The position numbers and the translations under genes are program-made. Positions 63,254-64,000 of a stretch of 64,000 nucleotides of DNA are shown here, in pieces (the first letter of the stretch is position 1; every line of letters starts with the position of its first letter). The notes beneath the pieces were generated by a model. That model was not told the origin of the DNA. It saw only the letters and a program-made list of their open reading frames with translations, and did no database searches. The stretch is from Lytechinus pictus (taxonomy: Eukaryota), in assembly GCF_037042905.1 (NCBI RefSeq), contig NC_087258.1:7006001-7070000 (forward strand), written 5' to 3'.

Positions 63254-63792
63254 TATAGAACCGAAAGAACATTTATGTCCTAGTTTCAGCATTATCTTTT
63301 ATCAATGATATAAACCTTTATTTACCCGATGGTCCCATAATATTGATTTTCATGTCAGCAGGAGGTGCATTCAGCGATGCATGTGCACTCTATATTAAAG
63401 CAAAGTACTTTGACCATTTAAGTCTAACTATTGTCAATATATATACCAATCACTTTATAGAATATGTGTAAATAAAAGGTAATGATATAAGTAAAATTTT
63501 CAGTGTTAATTTGGTTTTGTTTCTAGTCAAACAAGATGTTTACACTTTTGCTAGGTCAAATTACAGGAAAATGAAACCCTTGAAAACCGGTCAAATTGTA
63601 TAAACATAAAAATAGACACGAATCAATTATGAAAGATTGAGAAAAATGAAATTTATAAGCATTTCAATGTTGAGACCATTAAAGCTATGGAGATCCTCCA
63701 ATTGGCAATGCAACCAAGATGGATGTTGTCACATGAACAACTTCCTGTTTTGTACATATTCACTTGAATTGTCTCTTTCTATTGGTAAATCA

Positions 63793-63960
63793 GGGGACCG
63801 TTTCATCAACATTTTTGTCTGACAAATTGACTGATCCGACATCTTTCTTTGATTCTGATTGGCTGAGATTACTGAGAAGCACTGTTATTATGGTAACTGT
63901 TGGGTGAAATGAGACTTGTTGGATAAAACATCCAACAAGTTATTTCATGAAACGCTCCCC
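63793..63960. mobile_element. Short MITE (related elements at about 26490-26635 and 34226-34357)
   Basis: GGGGACCGTTTCATCAA / TTCATGAAACGCTCCCC. Confidence 0.65.
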
Positions 63961-64000
63961 AGGTGATATTTTTATGAAAGGACATGTAATACAGGTTTCA

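Overview
AT-rich, intron-containing animal genomic DNA. The repeat style and gene sequences suggest an echinoderm such as a sea urchin (inference). Left to right: (1) a young Ty3/Gypsy LTR retrotransposon of the CsRn1/Kabuki type on the minus strand (1-7988), with a tRNA-Trp PBS, CHCC gag knuckle and a -1 frameshift site followed by a predicted pseudoknot; its integrase is interrupted by a 2.3-kb non-autonomous DNA transposon; (2) the last two coding exons of MEPCE/Bin3 (7SK capping enzyme, + strand), so the retrotransposon probably lies in a large MEPCE intron; (3) two tandem, diverged B3GALT6 paralogues on the minus strand, each with an uninterrupted CDS; (4) a complete five-coding-exon UBE2J2 on the + strand, head-to-head with B3GALT6 (these genes are also neighbours in human). 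Introns and intergenic DNA are dense with MITEs, including three hAT-like elements with 6-bp TSDs and one with a 7-bp TSD, Kolobok-like TTAA elements, a Helentron-like (HINE) element carrying a 163-bp satellite, tRNA-derived SINEs, a probable solo LTR and a 1.7-kb GAT-rich low-complexity array. There is one 141-nt assembly gap. I see no convincing wholly new biological system. The best leads are the B3GALT6 duplication and its synteny with UBE2J2, the frameshift pseudoknot, the nested transposon with a dispersed 15-bp motif, and the 6-bp-TSD elements.
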